From assembly GCA_965219205.1 (NCBI GenBank), contig CBDCMQ010000007.1, positions 3,812 through 67,811 of the forward strand: 64,000 nt of DNA, in the 5' to 3' direction. The position numbers and the translations under genes are program-made. The notes below the pieces were generated by a model that saw only the letters and a list, made by a program, of their open reading frames with translations, searched no databases and was not told the origin of the DNA. The stretch is from Dehalococcoidia bacterium (GTDB taxonomy: Bacteria > Chloroflexota > Dehalococcoidia > DSTF01 > WHTK01). Positions within the stretch are counted from its first letter, which is position 1. Each line of letters opens with the position of its first letter. This document shows, one piece after another, positions 48,128 through 57,685 of the stretch.

Positions 48128-49045
48128 ATGCCGCCAAAGCTAGGGTTGATCATCCCGACAAACTTCGGCCCTGACGCTCCGCCAACCGTCGACCTTAGCC
48201 GCTTCTGTGCTCGCGCCGAGGAACTGGGTTTTGACTCTCTTTGGATTATCGACCGCCTTTTCCATCAGTACGGCGTTCCCCATCCCTTCGTCATGCTCAG
48301 CTACGCCGCGGCCGCAACTCAAACCATCGGCGTCGGGTCCGGTGTTATCCTACTCAGCGTCCGTCACCCGGTAGAAGTCGCCCAGCAGGCCGCCACCCTC
48401 AACGCTATGTCCGGCGAAAGACTCACTCTCGGCGTCTCCCAAGGCGGTCGGGACAACGAATACCTCGCGACCAACATGCCCAAGGACCAGCGCACGGGAC
48501 GCCTTGTTGAAGGCGTCAGGATTATGCGCCGTCTCTGGAGCGAAACGGATGTGACATTCAAGGGGCGCTATTACAACTTGGAGGGCGCCAATATCGAGCC
48601 CAAACCGGCACGCCACGGCGGCATTCCCCTGATCTTTGGTGGCTCAACCGCCCCATCTTTCAGGCGGGCGGGCCGCATCGCCGATGGCTGGATGCAGGGC
48701 GCCCGAGGCACGCCCGAAAGTTTCGCCGCGTCCTGGAACACGGTGATCGAGGGAGCGCGCGAGGCCGGGCGCGATCCTTCGACTCTCCATAGCAGCAAGC
48801 TTATGTATGTCAATCCCGGCCAGGATGAGCAAGCCGCGTCAGAACAGCTGGAGAGCTATCTCTCCTTCTACTACGGACCCAACTACCCCATGGAGCACAC
48901 CGGCTTCGGCGATCCAGCCGGCATAGCCGCCAAGGTCAGTGCTTTCGGCGATGCCGGTTGCGAACTGATGATCCTCGGCCTGCCCGGCCCTGATCTAGCG
49001 CAACTCGAAGCGCTGGCGTCTCAGGTCGTGCCCTTGGTGCGGTAA
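48128..49045 (+). CDS. LLM-class (luciferase-like) flavin/F420-dependent oxidoreductase
   Basis: ..FDSLWIIDRLFHQYG..LTLGVSQGGRDNEYLA.. LLM fold signatures; 305 aa. Confidence 0.8.
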   Translation: MPPKLGLIIPTNFGPDAPPTVDLSRFCARAEELGFDSLWIIDRLFHQYGVPHPFVMLSYAAAATQTIGVGSGVILLSVRHPVEVAQQAATLNAMSGERLTLGVSQGGRDNEYLATNMPKDQRTGRLVEGVRIMRRLWSETDVTFKGRYYNLEGANIEPKPARHGGIPLIFGGSTAPSFRRAGRIADGWMQGARGTPESFAASWNTVIEGAREAGRDPSTLHSSKLMYVNPGQDEQAASEQLESYLSFYYGPNYPMEHTGFGDPAGIAAKVSAFGDAGCELMILGLPGPDLAQLEALASQVVPLVR

Positions 49046-49160
49046 AAGGACAGAGGCCGCTCCTCCGGCACGCGCCAGCCGGATAACTCCGCTTCTGAAG
49101 CTTTCGCCAGTTTACAATCGCTATCAGGAGGTTTGATTTGCCAGGCGTGGGTCAACTTCT

Positions 49161-51029
49161 ATGAGCACGATATTCGGGATTTTCAGCCCGAAGAACCCGG
49201 ACCTATTCTCGACCGACCATCTGGCGGCCATGGCCGCCGCGATGCGCCATTCCAGCCCCATGACGAAGACATTCGCGGATCCGGCTGCTGGAGCAGGGCT
49301 GGGCCTTGCCTACATACCCGCATTCCTCGCCTCCGGTGAGGCCGGCGAGCCGGCCTGGCTGGATGACGAAAATCTTCTCGTTGCTCTGGCTGGAACCCTT
49401 GATCTCAATGTCATTCCGGACCACGCGACCAACGGCCACAACGCTCAGGCTATCGCCGTGAAAGACCAATACGAAGCCGCTGACGAAAACTTTCCCCTTG
49501 GCCTTGACGGAGTCTTCAACCTCGCGGTTTGGGACAAAGGCAAAGCAGCCCTGACTCTCGCAACCGATATTCTCAGAAATCGGCCGCTCTACTATCATCA
49601 CAACCCGGTCACTGGCTACTTCGCCTTTGCTTCAGAGCTGAGCGCACTGCTTCGATTGTCCACCGTGCTTCGTGAAATCGACTACGATGGCCTCGCGAGC
49701 TACTTGGTGATTGGCTATGTGCCTGCGCCATTTATGATCGTCCGCGACATCCGCACGGCTCTCCCCTTTGAAAAACTGACGCTTGATCGGGCGGGACAAT
49801 TGGCCAGCAAGCGCTACTACCGCCTGCCCCTGGCTGAACCGGGCCCACTTGACCTCGATTATTGGACGCCTCGCCTGGAACAAGAACTGGTTGGCGCCAT
49901 GGAGCGCGTCACCAGAAAGACACCGGCGATCGCACTAGCGTTTAGCGCTGGTGTCGACTCGGCTGCGGTTTTGGCCGCCTTGCGCGAACTGGGCGGACCC
50001 CATGTAACCGCAATCACGGTCGCCTACCTTGACGGAGTCGAGAATGAGATCGAACCGTCGGCGACGCTGGCCCGCTCTTTAGGAGCGGAACCCCTCGAAC
50101 TTCTTGTGCGGCCGGCTGAGCTGACGCCGGAGCTGCTGTCAACCGCGTTTCGCCAATTTGACCAGCCGGTTGACACTTTTTCACGTGGCCCAACTCAGTA
50201 TTTACTCGCCGCCGCCGCCCAGAAGCAGGGAATCACTGCCTGCGTGACGGGGTTGCTGGGAGAAAATGTGATCGGCGAGCTGTCTTGGGAGCCTGGCCTG
50301 CGAAGGCTCGCCAAACGAAGCCCTCAAACCGCCGGGGACAATCTCATCCTGCGCTTGCTTGCCGATGGCAAAGATTTTTTCACCACAGCCGACCTCAAGA
50401 CCATCATGCGCCCGGAAATTTCGATTGATGCCGATGGCCGCGCCCAAATCAGCCGGGCAATCGACAAACTTACTGTTGGTGTCTCCGGCAACCCGGAATT
50501 CGAAGCGTATATGAACTTCACCGTTCTGCTTGCTCGTACCGGCAATCTTTCGGTTGCCGGTCAGGTAATCCCAGTCCTCCTTGGTGTCGAAGAACGGGCC
50601 GCCTTCGCTGACCGCAGGCTTTGGGAATTTGTTCAATCGATTCCTGCAGACCATAAGAGCAGCGATACTAGTAAAGGACGCAAGCGAGCCCTGCTCACCG
50701 CCGCTTTCCAGGAGCAGTTGGCCACGGAAGGCCAAGGGCGTGTACATAGGCGGGACAAGGGCTCTTATCCGGGTGTGCCCTGGCACGCTCAGCCGTGGTT
50801 CGAAGCATTGGTGCTCCGACAGGCGAAGCGCGCAGCTGGCGAAGGATTGATCGAGCCGAATGCAGTAGAGAAGGTTCTCCGAAAACACAACGAGCGTCGT
50901 GCCAAGCGCGACAAGAAAAACGTCTGGCATCTCTTCGTCCTTCAAGCTTGGCTGGACTTCCACTTCAACGACATCGATCCGTTCGAAGAGTCGCCAGAAC
51001 CAACACTTGGCGAGACCTTCTATGAGTAG
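49161..51029 (+). CDS. Asparagine synthetase B-like protein lacking the N-terminal Cys nucleophile (MSTIFGIF..), PP-loop present
   Basis: In-frame stop 25 nt upstream fixes the start; ..FSAGVDSAAVLAAL.. PP-loop; 622 aa. Confidence 0.75.
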   Translation: MSTIFGIFSPKNPDLFSTDHLAAMAAAMRHSSPMTKTFADPAAGAGLGLAYIPAFLASGEAGEPAWLDDENLLVALAGTLDLNVIPDHATNGHNAQAIAVKDQYEAADENFPLGLDGVFNLAVWDKGKAALTLATDILRNRPLYYHHNPVTGYFAFASELSALLRLSTVLREIDYDGLASYLVIGYVPAPFMIVRDIRTALPFEKLTLDRAGQLASKRYYRLPLAEPGPLDLDYWTPRLEQELVGAMERVTRKTPAIALAFSAGVDSAAVLAALRELGGPHVTAITVAYLDGVENEIEPSATLARSLGAEPLELLVRPAELTPELLSTAFRQFDQPVDTFSRGPTQYLLAAAAQKQGITACVTGLLGENVIGELSWEPGLRRLAKRSPQTAGDNLILRLLADGKDFFTTADLKTIMRPEISIDADGRAQISRAIDKLTVGVSGNPEFEAYMNFTVLLARTGNLSVAGQVIPVLLGVEERAAFADRRLWEFVQSIPADHKSSDTSKGRKRALLTAAFQEQLATEGQGRVHRRDKGSYPGVPWHAQPWFEALVLRQAKRAAGEGLIEPNAVEKVLRKHNERRAKRDKKNVWHLFVLQAWLDFHFNDIDPFEESPEPTLGETFYE

Positions 51030-51173
51030 CAAACCAAAATCGGCGCGCTGCATCGTCCTCTCCTATACTCCTAGCAGCGAAACGGCGCTCAAAAAAACTG
51101 CCCTTTCGACAGCCTGAGGCCGCGCGCCCTGGCTGCAATCCAACATAGCCCCGCCTCAGAAAGGCAAGAATGA

Positions 51174-52295
51174 ATGTCAAATAAAATTCGAGTGGGAATT
51201 GTCGGAGCCAGTGTGAGTGGCGGTGGCAGCAGCTGGGGCGAGAGAGCCCACATTCCTGGCCTACAAGCGCTGCCAGATTACGAAATCAAAGCGGTTTGCA
51301 CCGCCCACGAAGAGACTGCGAAGGCTTCGGCCGAAGCCTTCGGCGCCGAGTTTGCCTTCGCTGACATCAACCAGATGGTGGCCCATCCTAACCTCGATTT
51401 GATTGTGGTCTCGGTGCGAGTTCCTGTTCATCGCGATCTAGTAATGGCTGCCCTGAAGGCCGGCAAGAACACATTCTGTGAGTGGCCTTTAGGCGCCAAC
51501 TTGGCGGAGGCGGAGGAGATGAGCCGTGAAGCGCGCCAGTATGGCTTGCAGACGATGGTCGGCCTCCAGGCCCGAAGCGACCCAGCCTTGCTTTATGCAC
51601 GCGATACCATTCAGCAGGGCAAGATCGGTGAAGTCCTGACCGCAAATCTCACAGTGTTTGGCGCCGGTCAGATCGAACGCCCGCCGGACCGCGCCTGGGC
51701 CGCCGATCGCGACGCCGGCGCCAACACACTAACCATTGCTGCCGGCCACAATATCGACACGCTCTGTTTCCTCCTCGGCGAGTTCACTGAGGTCACGGGA
51801 AGGGTTGCAACGCGCGTCAAAGAGTGGCGCCTTAACGACACTGGCGGCAGCGTTAAGGTCGATGCACCCGATAGCGTTGCCTTCGCCGGCCGCCTGCAAA
51901 GCGGCGCGGAAGTCTCGGTGAATGTCTTGTCCATGCCGGCCGCTCAAGGCGGCGTACGCCTGACGGTATTTGGACACGAAGGCACCCTTAGCGTTGGCAC
52001 GGCCATGATGACCAACATTGGCCCCAACTTGCTCTCCCTGGCTCGCCCCGGCGCTGCTCCTGAGGAGCTGCCCGTGCCGGACAGCTATAAACTGGTACCG
52101 GAAGGAACACCATCGGGCCCACCGCTCAACGTGGCGCAGGCCTACGTCCGCTTTTCCGACACAGCCAACGGCTCGTCCTCCACAGGCGGTGGGGGCGCGT
52201 TCGACGCCGATTTCCATCTCGCCGTTCGGCGCCATCGCCTGCTGGACGCTGTCGAGCGCTCCTCGAACGAAGGCCGGTTGATTCACCTGCCCTGA
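51174..52295 (+). CDS. Gfo/Idh/MocA-family NAD(P)-dependent oxidoreductase
   Basis: ..IRVGIVGASVSGGG.. Rossmann N-terminus, ..FCEWPLG.. motif. Confidence 0.8.
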   Translation: MSNKIRVGIVGASVSGGGSSWGERAHIPGLQALPDYEIKAVCTAHEETAKASAEAFGAEFAFADINQMVAHPNLDLIVVSVRVPVHRDLVMAALKAGKNTFCEWPLGANLAEAEEMSREARQYGLQTMVGLQARSDPALLYARDTIQQGKIGEVLTANLTVFGAGQIERPPDRAWAADRDAGANTLTIAAGHNIDTLCFLLGEFTEVTGRVATRVKEWRLNDTGGSVKVDAPDSVAFAGRLQSGAEVSVNVLSMPAAQGGVRLTVFGHEGTLSVGTAMMTNIGPNLLSLARPGAAPEELPVPDSYKLVPEGTPSGPPLNVAQAYVRFSDTANGSSSTGGGGAFDADFHLAVRRHRLLDAVERSSNEGRLIHLP

Positions 52296-52433
52296 GCTCT
52301 CGTTCGAGATGCCGGCCTCGCCAGCCCAGCATTGCCGTATCCACAGCCTGTGCTCATTTCCGAGGCCGGACGCCAGCGTTGTATGCGGTCAGATCAGGCC
52401 CGTCGACCCCCGCTGGAATCCACTAATTTTGCC

Positions 52434-52460
52434 GATTCTTTAATGCGGTCTTTAGGAAGC
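52434..52460 (+). promoter_or_regulatory. TTTAG-box-like element (gattctttaatgcggtctttaggaagc) in AT-rich region upstream of ABC exporter operon
   Basis: Resembles ctttagtgaaaatctttagaag upstream of Rieske paralog 4; local AT-richness atypical of coding sequence. Confidence 0.3.
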
Positions 52461-52517
52461 TATAGACAGCGAAACTCTATCTATAAGAGGGCAAGATTCA
52501 CTAATCTGGCTTAACGT

Positions 52518-54284
52518 GTGGCTGGCTTGAGATACGACCGACTTTCCATTTTCAGAGCCGCTAAATTGAGCGCTCCGGGCGGTGATTCTCCAGGTGAGAA
52601 CGCGGCTCCGACCGGCGGCAGTGTCATACGTGGCATGCTTCGTTCGCGCTGGCGCTCCATGGCCGCCGGCTGCGCCTTCATGATGGGCCACCAAACCGGC
52701 GAGTCCTTGGTCCCGGTCGCCATCGGCTTCTTTATCGATCGAGCCGTGCGCAGCGGCGATTACTCGGATCTCCTTCCCGGCGTTCTCGTGCTGATCCTGG
52801 TCTTCGCCGGCCTCTCTAACTCCTGGCGCTTCGGCGCCAAGTTCTTGCAACGCGCCGCTAAGGGAGCCGAGCACGACCTGCGCGTAGCCGTCGTCCGCCG
52901 GGTCCTTGACCCCGCCGGCCCGGCCGAGGGCAACCGCCTGCCCGGCGAGCTGCTCAACATCGCTGCGGTCGATGCCGAACGTGTCGGACGCATCGCCAAC
53001 GTCACCGCAACCGCCTGCGGCGCCCTCGCCGCCCTGGTGGTGACCACTTTTGTCCTACTGCGCATCTCAATACCGCTTGGACTGCTCGTCATCGTCGGGA
53101 CGATTCCCCTGATCGCCTTGATCCAGCTCCTCGGCCGGACGCTCGAAAGAAACAGCGGCACCGAGCAAGCGGAAGCGGCGCGAGCCGCCGGCATCGCCAA
53201 CGACCTCGTTTACGGCCTGAGGGTTCTCAAAGGCATCGGAGCCGAAGACGCGGCCGTCGAACGCTACCGCGGCGCCAGTCGCTCTTCTTTGACCGCCACG
53301 GTCCGCGCCGCCAAAACCCAAGCCACCTACCAGGGCCTCAATATGGCCCTGACCGGCGCCTTTCTCGCCCTGGTTGCCCTGGTCGGTGGCAGATTGGCCG
53401 CCGCCGGTGAAATTAGCATCGGTGACCTGATCGCCGCGCTCGGTCTCACTCAGTTTCTGATCGGGCCGATGCAGCGGCTAACCAACGTCGGCGCCCTGTT
53501 TGCCCGTGGCCGCGCGTCAGCAGCACGCCTTGCCCGAGTCCTAACACCGCCACGAGATGCGGATCGGGTGGCCTCACCCTTGCCCGCCGCGTTCAGCGCC
53601 GAGCTTCAAGTCCACGGGCTCAGCTTCGGGCCCCTTCATGACCTGAATTTTGATATTGCCGAAGGCGAGACAGTTGGCGTCGTCGCGGCCGATCCCAACG
53701 ATGCCCTGTCCTTACTCGATTGTCTAAGCGGCTCTGAGCACCCCAAAACGGGAGAAATACTCCTGTCAAAGATTCCAATAGATGACTTGAGCCCCGCTGA
53801 CCTCCACGCCGCCATCGTGGTAACGCCTCACGAATCCTACCTCTTCGCCGAGACCATGCTCGACAACATTCTTGAACCGGCACCCGATTCAGAGGCCGAA
53901 TGGGCTATTACAGCTTCGGCCGCCGATGAAGTAGCCGAGAACCTGCCGGAAGGTGTCCAGACTGTCGTCAGCGAAGGTGGCCGCTCTTTGTCCGGCGGTC
54001 AACGACAACGTGTTGCCCTGGCCCGCGCCCTCGCCACCATGGCGCCAGTTCTTGTGCTTCACGACCCTACCACCGCGGTTGATTCGGTCACCGAAGCTCG
54101 GATCGCCGCTGGCATCAGCAAAACCCGAGCAGGACGGACAACGATTCTCGTCACTACAAGTCCAGCCCTCTTGGCGGTCACCAGCCGGGTGATCTTTATC
54201 GAGGGCGGTCGTGTGGCTTCGCAGGACAGTCACTCGGCTCTTTTGGATACTCGGCCCGACTATCAAGAATTGGTCGTCACATGA
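52518..54284 (+). CDS. ABC exporter, fused permease + ATP-binding protein (half-transporter 1)
   Basis: 6-TM N-terminus, C-terminal NBD with LSGGQRQRVALARAL signature; ATGA overlap with next gene. Confidence 0.8.
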   Translation: MAGLRYDRLSIFRAAKLSAPGGDSPGENAAPTGGSVIRGMLRSRWRSMAAGCAFMMGHQTGESLVPVAIGFFIDRAVRSGDYSDLLPGVLVLILVFAGLSNSWRFGAKFLQRAAKGAEHDLRVAVVRRVLDPAGPAEGNRLPGELLNIAAVDAERVGRIANVTATACGALAALVVTTFVLLRISIPLGLLVIVGTIPLIALIQLLGRTLERNSGTEQAEAARAAGIANDLVYGLRVLKGIGAEDAAVERYRGASRSSLTATVRAAKTQATYQGLNMALTGAFLALVALVGGRLAAAGEISIGDLIAALGLTQFLIGPMQRLTNVGALFARGRASAARLARVLTPPRDADRVASPLPAAFSAELQVHGLSFGPLHDLNFDIAEGETVGVVAADPNDALSLLDCLSGSEHPKTGEILLSKIPIDDLSPADLHAAIVVTPHESYLFAETMLDNILEPAPDSEAEWAITASAADEVAENLPEGVQTVVSEGGRSLSGGQRQRVALARALATMAPVLVLHDPTTAVDSVTEARIAAGISKTRAGRTTILVTTSPALLAVTSRVIFIEGGRVASQDSHSALLDTRPDYQELVVT

Positions 54285-56086
54285 CCACAACCATAACCGC
54301 GGCCGACGAACGCGTCCTGCTGCCCACAGCCAGCGGTCGCCAAACCCGCGGCACGGTTTGGGATCTGATGCGGCCTTATAGCTCGCGGGCCGTATTGACG
54401 ATTCTGACGCTCGGTCTCGCGAGTACCGCGGGACTGATCGGGCCATTGATGATGGGCCGAATCGTCGACCTGGTCGTCGATGGCCGCCCGGCCAGCGCGG
54501 TCACATCACCGGTCGCGATCCTGCTGGTCGTCGCCGGCCTGCAGGGTCTGCTCACCGTAATCGGCTTTGGCTCGCTCACCAGCCTCGGTGAAACGATGCT
54601 GGCTGACCTGCGCGAACAAGTTGTCGATCGAGCGCTGAACCTCTCTTTGGGCCAAATCGAGGCAGCCGGCAGCGGAGACATCGCCGCGCGCGTCGGCGGC
54701 GATGTCTCCGTCATCGCCAACGCGGTCCGCAACGTTTTTCCGATCTTGATCGGCTCGGTCCTTACGATAGCGCTGACTGTCGGCGGCCTCGCGGTGGTCG
54801 ACTGGCGGTTCGCCCTCGCCGGCCTCTGCGCGGCTCCAGTCCAGCTCCTCACGCTGCGCTGGTACCTCAACCGCTCAACGCCGCTCTTCGCCCGGCAGCG
54901 GGTATTGGAGGGCGAGCGAGCTCAAAAGCTGCTCGACGCTGTCGAAGGCTCGCGCACGGTACGCGCCTTCAGCCTCCACGAGCCCAAAACCGCTATGGTG
55001 GAAGAACGCTCCCAGAGCGCGCTGAACTGGTCATTCATCGTCTTGGCCCTGAGAGTGCGGTTCTTCGCGCGCGTCAACGCGGCAGAATTCGTCGGCGTGA
55101 CGGCGATATTACTCACCGGTTTTTTTCTGGTGCGAGCTGACGCTTCGACGGTCGGCGCCACAACCGCCGCAGCTTTGCTCTTCCATCGAATCTTCGACCC
55201 GGTGTCCGGTCTGCTGCTCAACTTTGACGAGGGCCAGAACGCAGCTTCCGGGCTGGCACGTTTGGTGGGAATCGCTCGTCTGCCGGCCATGGACGATGCC
55301 GAGCCGCCGAGCATAATCGATTCATCCGTAACCGCCACCGGCGTCAACTTTGCCTACATCACCGGCCACGACGTCCTCACTGACATCAACCTCCGAATCG
55401 CCCCTGGCGAACGGATCTCGCTGGTGGGCGCCAGCGGCGCTGGCAAAACTACGCTTGCCAAGCTGCTGGCCGGCATCCATCAGCCCGGCAGCGGCGAAAT
55501 CAAGCTCGGCGGTGTCTCGCATCATGAAGCCAGCTCAGAACTCACCGGCAGCCGCGTGTCCCTGGTCACTCAAGAGGTTCATGTCTTTTCCGGCTCGTTA
55601 GCCGACGACTTGCGTCTGGCCAGGCCCGATGCTTCCGATCAAGATCTTGAAGGGGCCCTGACCAAGGTCGGCGCACTGGCATGGGCTGAAGCCCTACCAC
55701 TGGGCATCAACACGATGGTCGGCGAAGGCGCCTTCCGCCTAACCGCCAGCCAGGCTCAGCAACTGGCCCTCGCCCGCCTGATCCTTACAGACCCGCTGAT
55801 CGCCATTCTCGACGAGGCCACGGCCGAAGCCGGCAGCGCCGGCGCTCGCGTTCTCGAAAGATCTGCCAACGCCGCGCTCGAAGGCCGAACCGCCATTGTT
55901 GTCGCCCATCGTCTAACCCAGGCTCGCCAGGCCGACCGCATTCTAATGATGGACCGCGGCCGCATTATCGAAGCCGGCACCCACGAAGAACTAATCGCCG
56001 CCCGAGGCAGGTACGCGACCCTTTGGGCCGCCTGGTCAGACTCCCGTGACTCCGTCGCCCGGCCTGAAGCCGCGGGGCCGGCTTAG
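54281..56086 (+). CDS. ABC exporter, fused permease + ATP-binding protein (half-transporter 2)
   Basis: Walker A GASGAGKTT, signature region, Walker B ILDEAT. Confidence 0.8.
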   Translation: MTTTITAADERVLLPTASGRQTRGTVWDLMRPYSSRAVLTILTLGLASTAGLIGPLMMGRIVDLVVDGRPASAVTSPVAILLVVAGLQGLLTVIGFGSLTSLGETMLADLREQVVDRALNLSLGQIEAAGSGDIAARVGGDVSVIANAVRNVFPILIGSVLTIALTVGGLAVVDWRFALAGLCAAPVQLLTLRWYLNRSTPLFARQRVLEGERAQKLLDAVEGSRTVRAFSLHEPKTAMVEERSQSALNWSFIVLALRVRFFARVNAAEFVGVTAILLTGFFLVRADASTVGATTAAALLFHRIFDPVSGLLLNFDEGQNAASGLARLVGIARLPAMDDAEPPSIIDSSVTATGVNFAYITGHDVLTDINLRIAPGERISLVGASGAGKTTLAKLLAGIHQPGSGEIKLGGVSHHEASSELTGSRVSLVTQEVHVFSGSLADDLRLARPDASDQDLEGALTKVGALAWAEALPLGINTMVGEGAFRLTASQAQQLALARLILTDPLIAILDEATAEAGSAGARVLERSANAALEGRTAIVVAHRLTQARQADRILMMDRGRIIEAGTHEELIAARGRYATLWAAWSDSRDSVARPEAAGPA

Positions 56087-56242
56087 CCTGATCACCTGCT
56101 AAAAGGGGGCATCCAGCTTGAGCGAGAACCTAGTAATTGCCTTGACAACCTTGTTATTATTAGTCAACCAAAAAGCTCTTTAATGGGACAGTTCTGCCTG
56201 TTCAAATATCTGAAAAAATACGGTCTGTTGGAGGAGTAACTC

Positions 56243-57607
56243 ATGACAATCGCCTATCGAAACGAAGAGATGCTGGGAATGGTCAACCAAGAGACCGGTT
56301 TAGTGGACCGCCGCATCTTCTCCGAGCAGGACATCTATGAGATGGAGCTGGAGCGGATCTTCGCTCGCGCCTGGAACTTCATGTGTCACGACTCGCAAAT
56401 TCCCAACCCGGGTGACTTCTTCATGACACGCATCGGTGAAGACCGGGTCATCGTCGTACACGATAAAGATGGCAGCCCTCAGGTGCTGGTCAACACCTGC
56501 CGCCACCGCGGCAACGCCGTCTGCCGCGCCGAGGAGGGTCACGCAACCTCGTTTATGTGCACTTACCACGGCTGGACTTACGACCTCAAAGGCGCCCTGG
56601 TCGGCGTTCCCGGTTTCAAAGAGGTTTACCACGAGGAACTAGACCGCGACAACTGGGGCTTAATCAAGGCCGCCCAGGTTGAGACCTACAAGGGCTTCAT
56701 CTTTGGCAACATGGACCCTGAGGCGCCGGACCTCAACGAGTACCTCGGTCAGATCGGCCGCATGAGCCTCGATCTGGTCGCCGAGCGCGGCGACGTGACG
56801 ATCTCCGCTGGAATCCAGAAGTACACCATCCCTTGCAACTGGAAGCTCGCGGCCGACAATGTCTGGGACTTCTATCACCCTGGCATCAGCCACGCTTCTT
56901 CGGTCATGAGCGGCGTGAACGCGCGCGCGCGCCCGCCAAACGCGAAAACGCCGCCGCCGCCGAATCAGACTCCGGCCGCCAACCGCGCCTCGCGTCTGAC
57001 TAGCGCTCACATTATTCTTCTTGGTGAGTACGGACACGCTTTGTCCGGCCCTGAGCACAACGATGAAAATGCCGCATCCCGCCAATCGGATGAGACTTGG
57101 CGAGAAAAGCCGGAGGCCCAAGCTGTCCTGGGGCCAATCGGCATGCGAGCCAACTCCCACCCCCACATCTTTCCCAACATGTGGATCACCTACCCCGGTT
57201 TCGCCCAGGTCTGCATGCGTATGCCGAAGGGCCCCATGACAACCGAAATCTGGTGGTTTTCATTCCACGACAGCCAAATGGACAACGATATGAAAGCCTA
57301 CGCCCGTGAGCGGTCCACGCACGTCTTTGGTCCGGCCGGCATGCTGGAGCAGGACGACGGTGAGAACTGGGGCGAAAGCACCCGCGGCATGAAGGGCGTG
57401 GTCAGCAGCAGGTACCCGATCAACTACTCCATGAGCATCGGCCACGGTGAGATCATCGATGATGAAACCGGACCGCCCCGGATTGAGGGCCACGTCAATG
57501 AGCACGCCCAGCTCTGGCACTACCGGGCCTGGTCCGAGTGGATGGCAGCCGACAATTGGTCCCATCTGCGAGATATCCACTCTCGGGTGCCCGAGGACAA
57601 GGTCTAG
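56243..57607 (+). CDS. Rieske oxygenase alpha subunit, alpha-only type (paralog 9)
   Basis: MTIAYRNEEM..CRHRGNAVCRAEEGH..CTYHGW; 454 aa. Confidence 0.85.
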   Translation: MTIAYRNEEMLGMVNQETGLVDRRIFSEQDIYEMELERIFARAWNFMCHDSQIPNPGDFFMTRIGEDRVIVVHDKDGSPQVLVNTCRHRGNAVCRAEEGHATSFMCTYHGWTYDLKGALVGVPGFKEVYHEELDRDNWGLIKAAQVETYKGFIFGNMDPEAPDLNEYLGQIGRMSLDLVAERGDVTISAGIQKYTIPCNWKLAADNVWDFYHPGISHASSVMSGVNARARPPNAKTPPPPNQTPAANRASRLTSAHIILLGEYGHALSGPEHNDENAASRQSDETWREKPEAQAVLGPIGMRANSHPHIFPNMWITYPGFAQVCMRMPKGPMTTEIWWFSFHDSQMDNDMKAYARERSTHVFGPAGMLEQDDGENWGESTRGMKGVVSSRYPINYSMSIGHGEIIDDETGPPRIEGHVNEHAQLWHYRAWSEWMAADNWSHLRDIHSRVPEDKV

Positions 57608-57626
57608 GCTTTACGCAAGAATCGTG

Positions 57627-57664
57627 AAAAGGTGGGAGGCCGCTAGCGGCCTCCCACCTTTTTG
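57627..57664. terminator. Bidirectional rho-independent terminator (aaaaggtgggaggccgctagcggcctcccaccttttt)
   Basis: Perfect GC-rich stem flanked by A and T runs between convergent genes. Confidence 0.6.
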
Positions 57665-57685
57665 TCGCCAACTTGACCAATCGAC

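Noticed and set aside
52332-52514. 60-codon ORF upstream of the ABC exporters as a precursor peptide gene
   Set aside because: Its second half is AT-rich with atypical codon usage and contains the TTTAG-box-like element, so it is more likely promoter or leader DNA.
49161-56086. Lasso-peptide biosynthetic cluster (AsnB-like cyclase + ABC exporter)
   Set aside because: No leader peptidase (transglutaminase-like B protein), RRE domain or plausible precursor peptide ORF nearby. The only small ORF (52332-52514) has AT-rich, non-coding-like composition.
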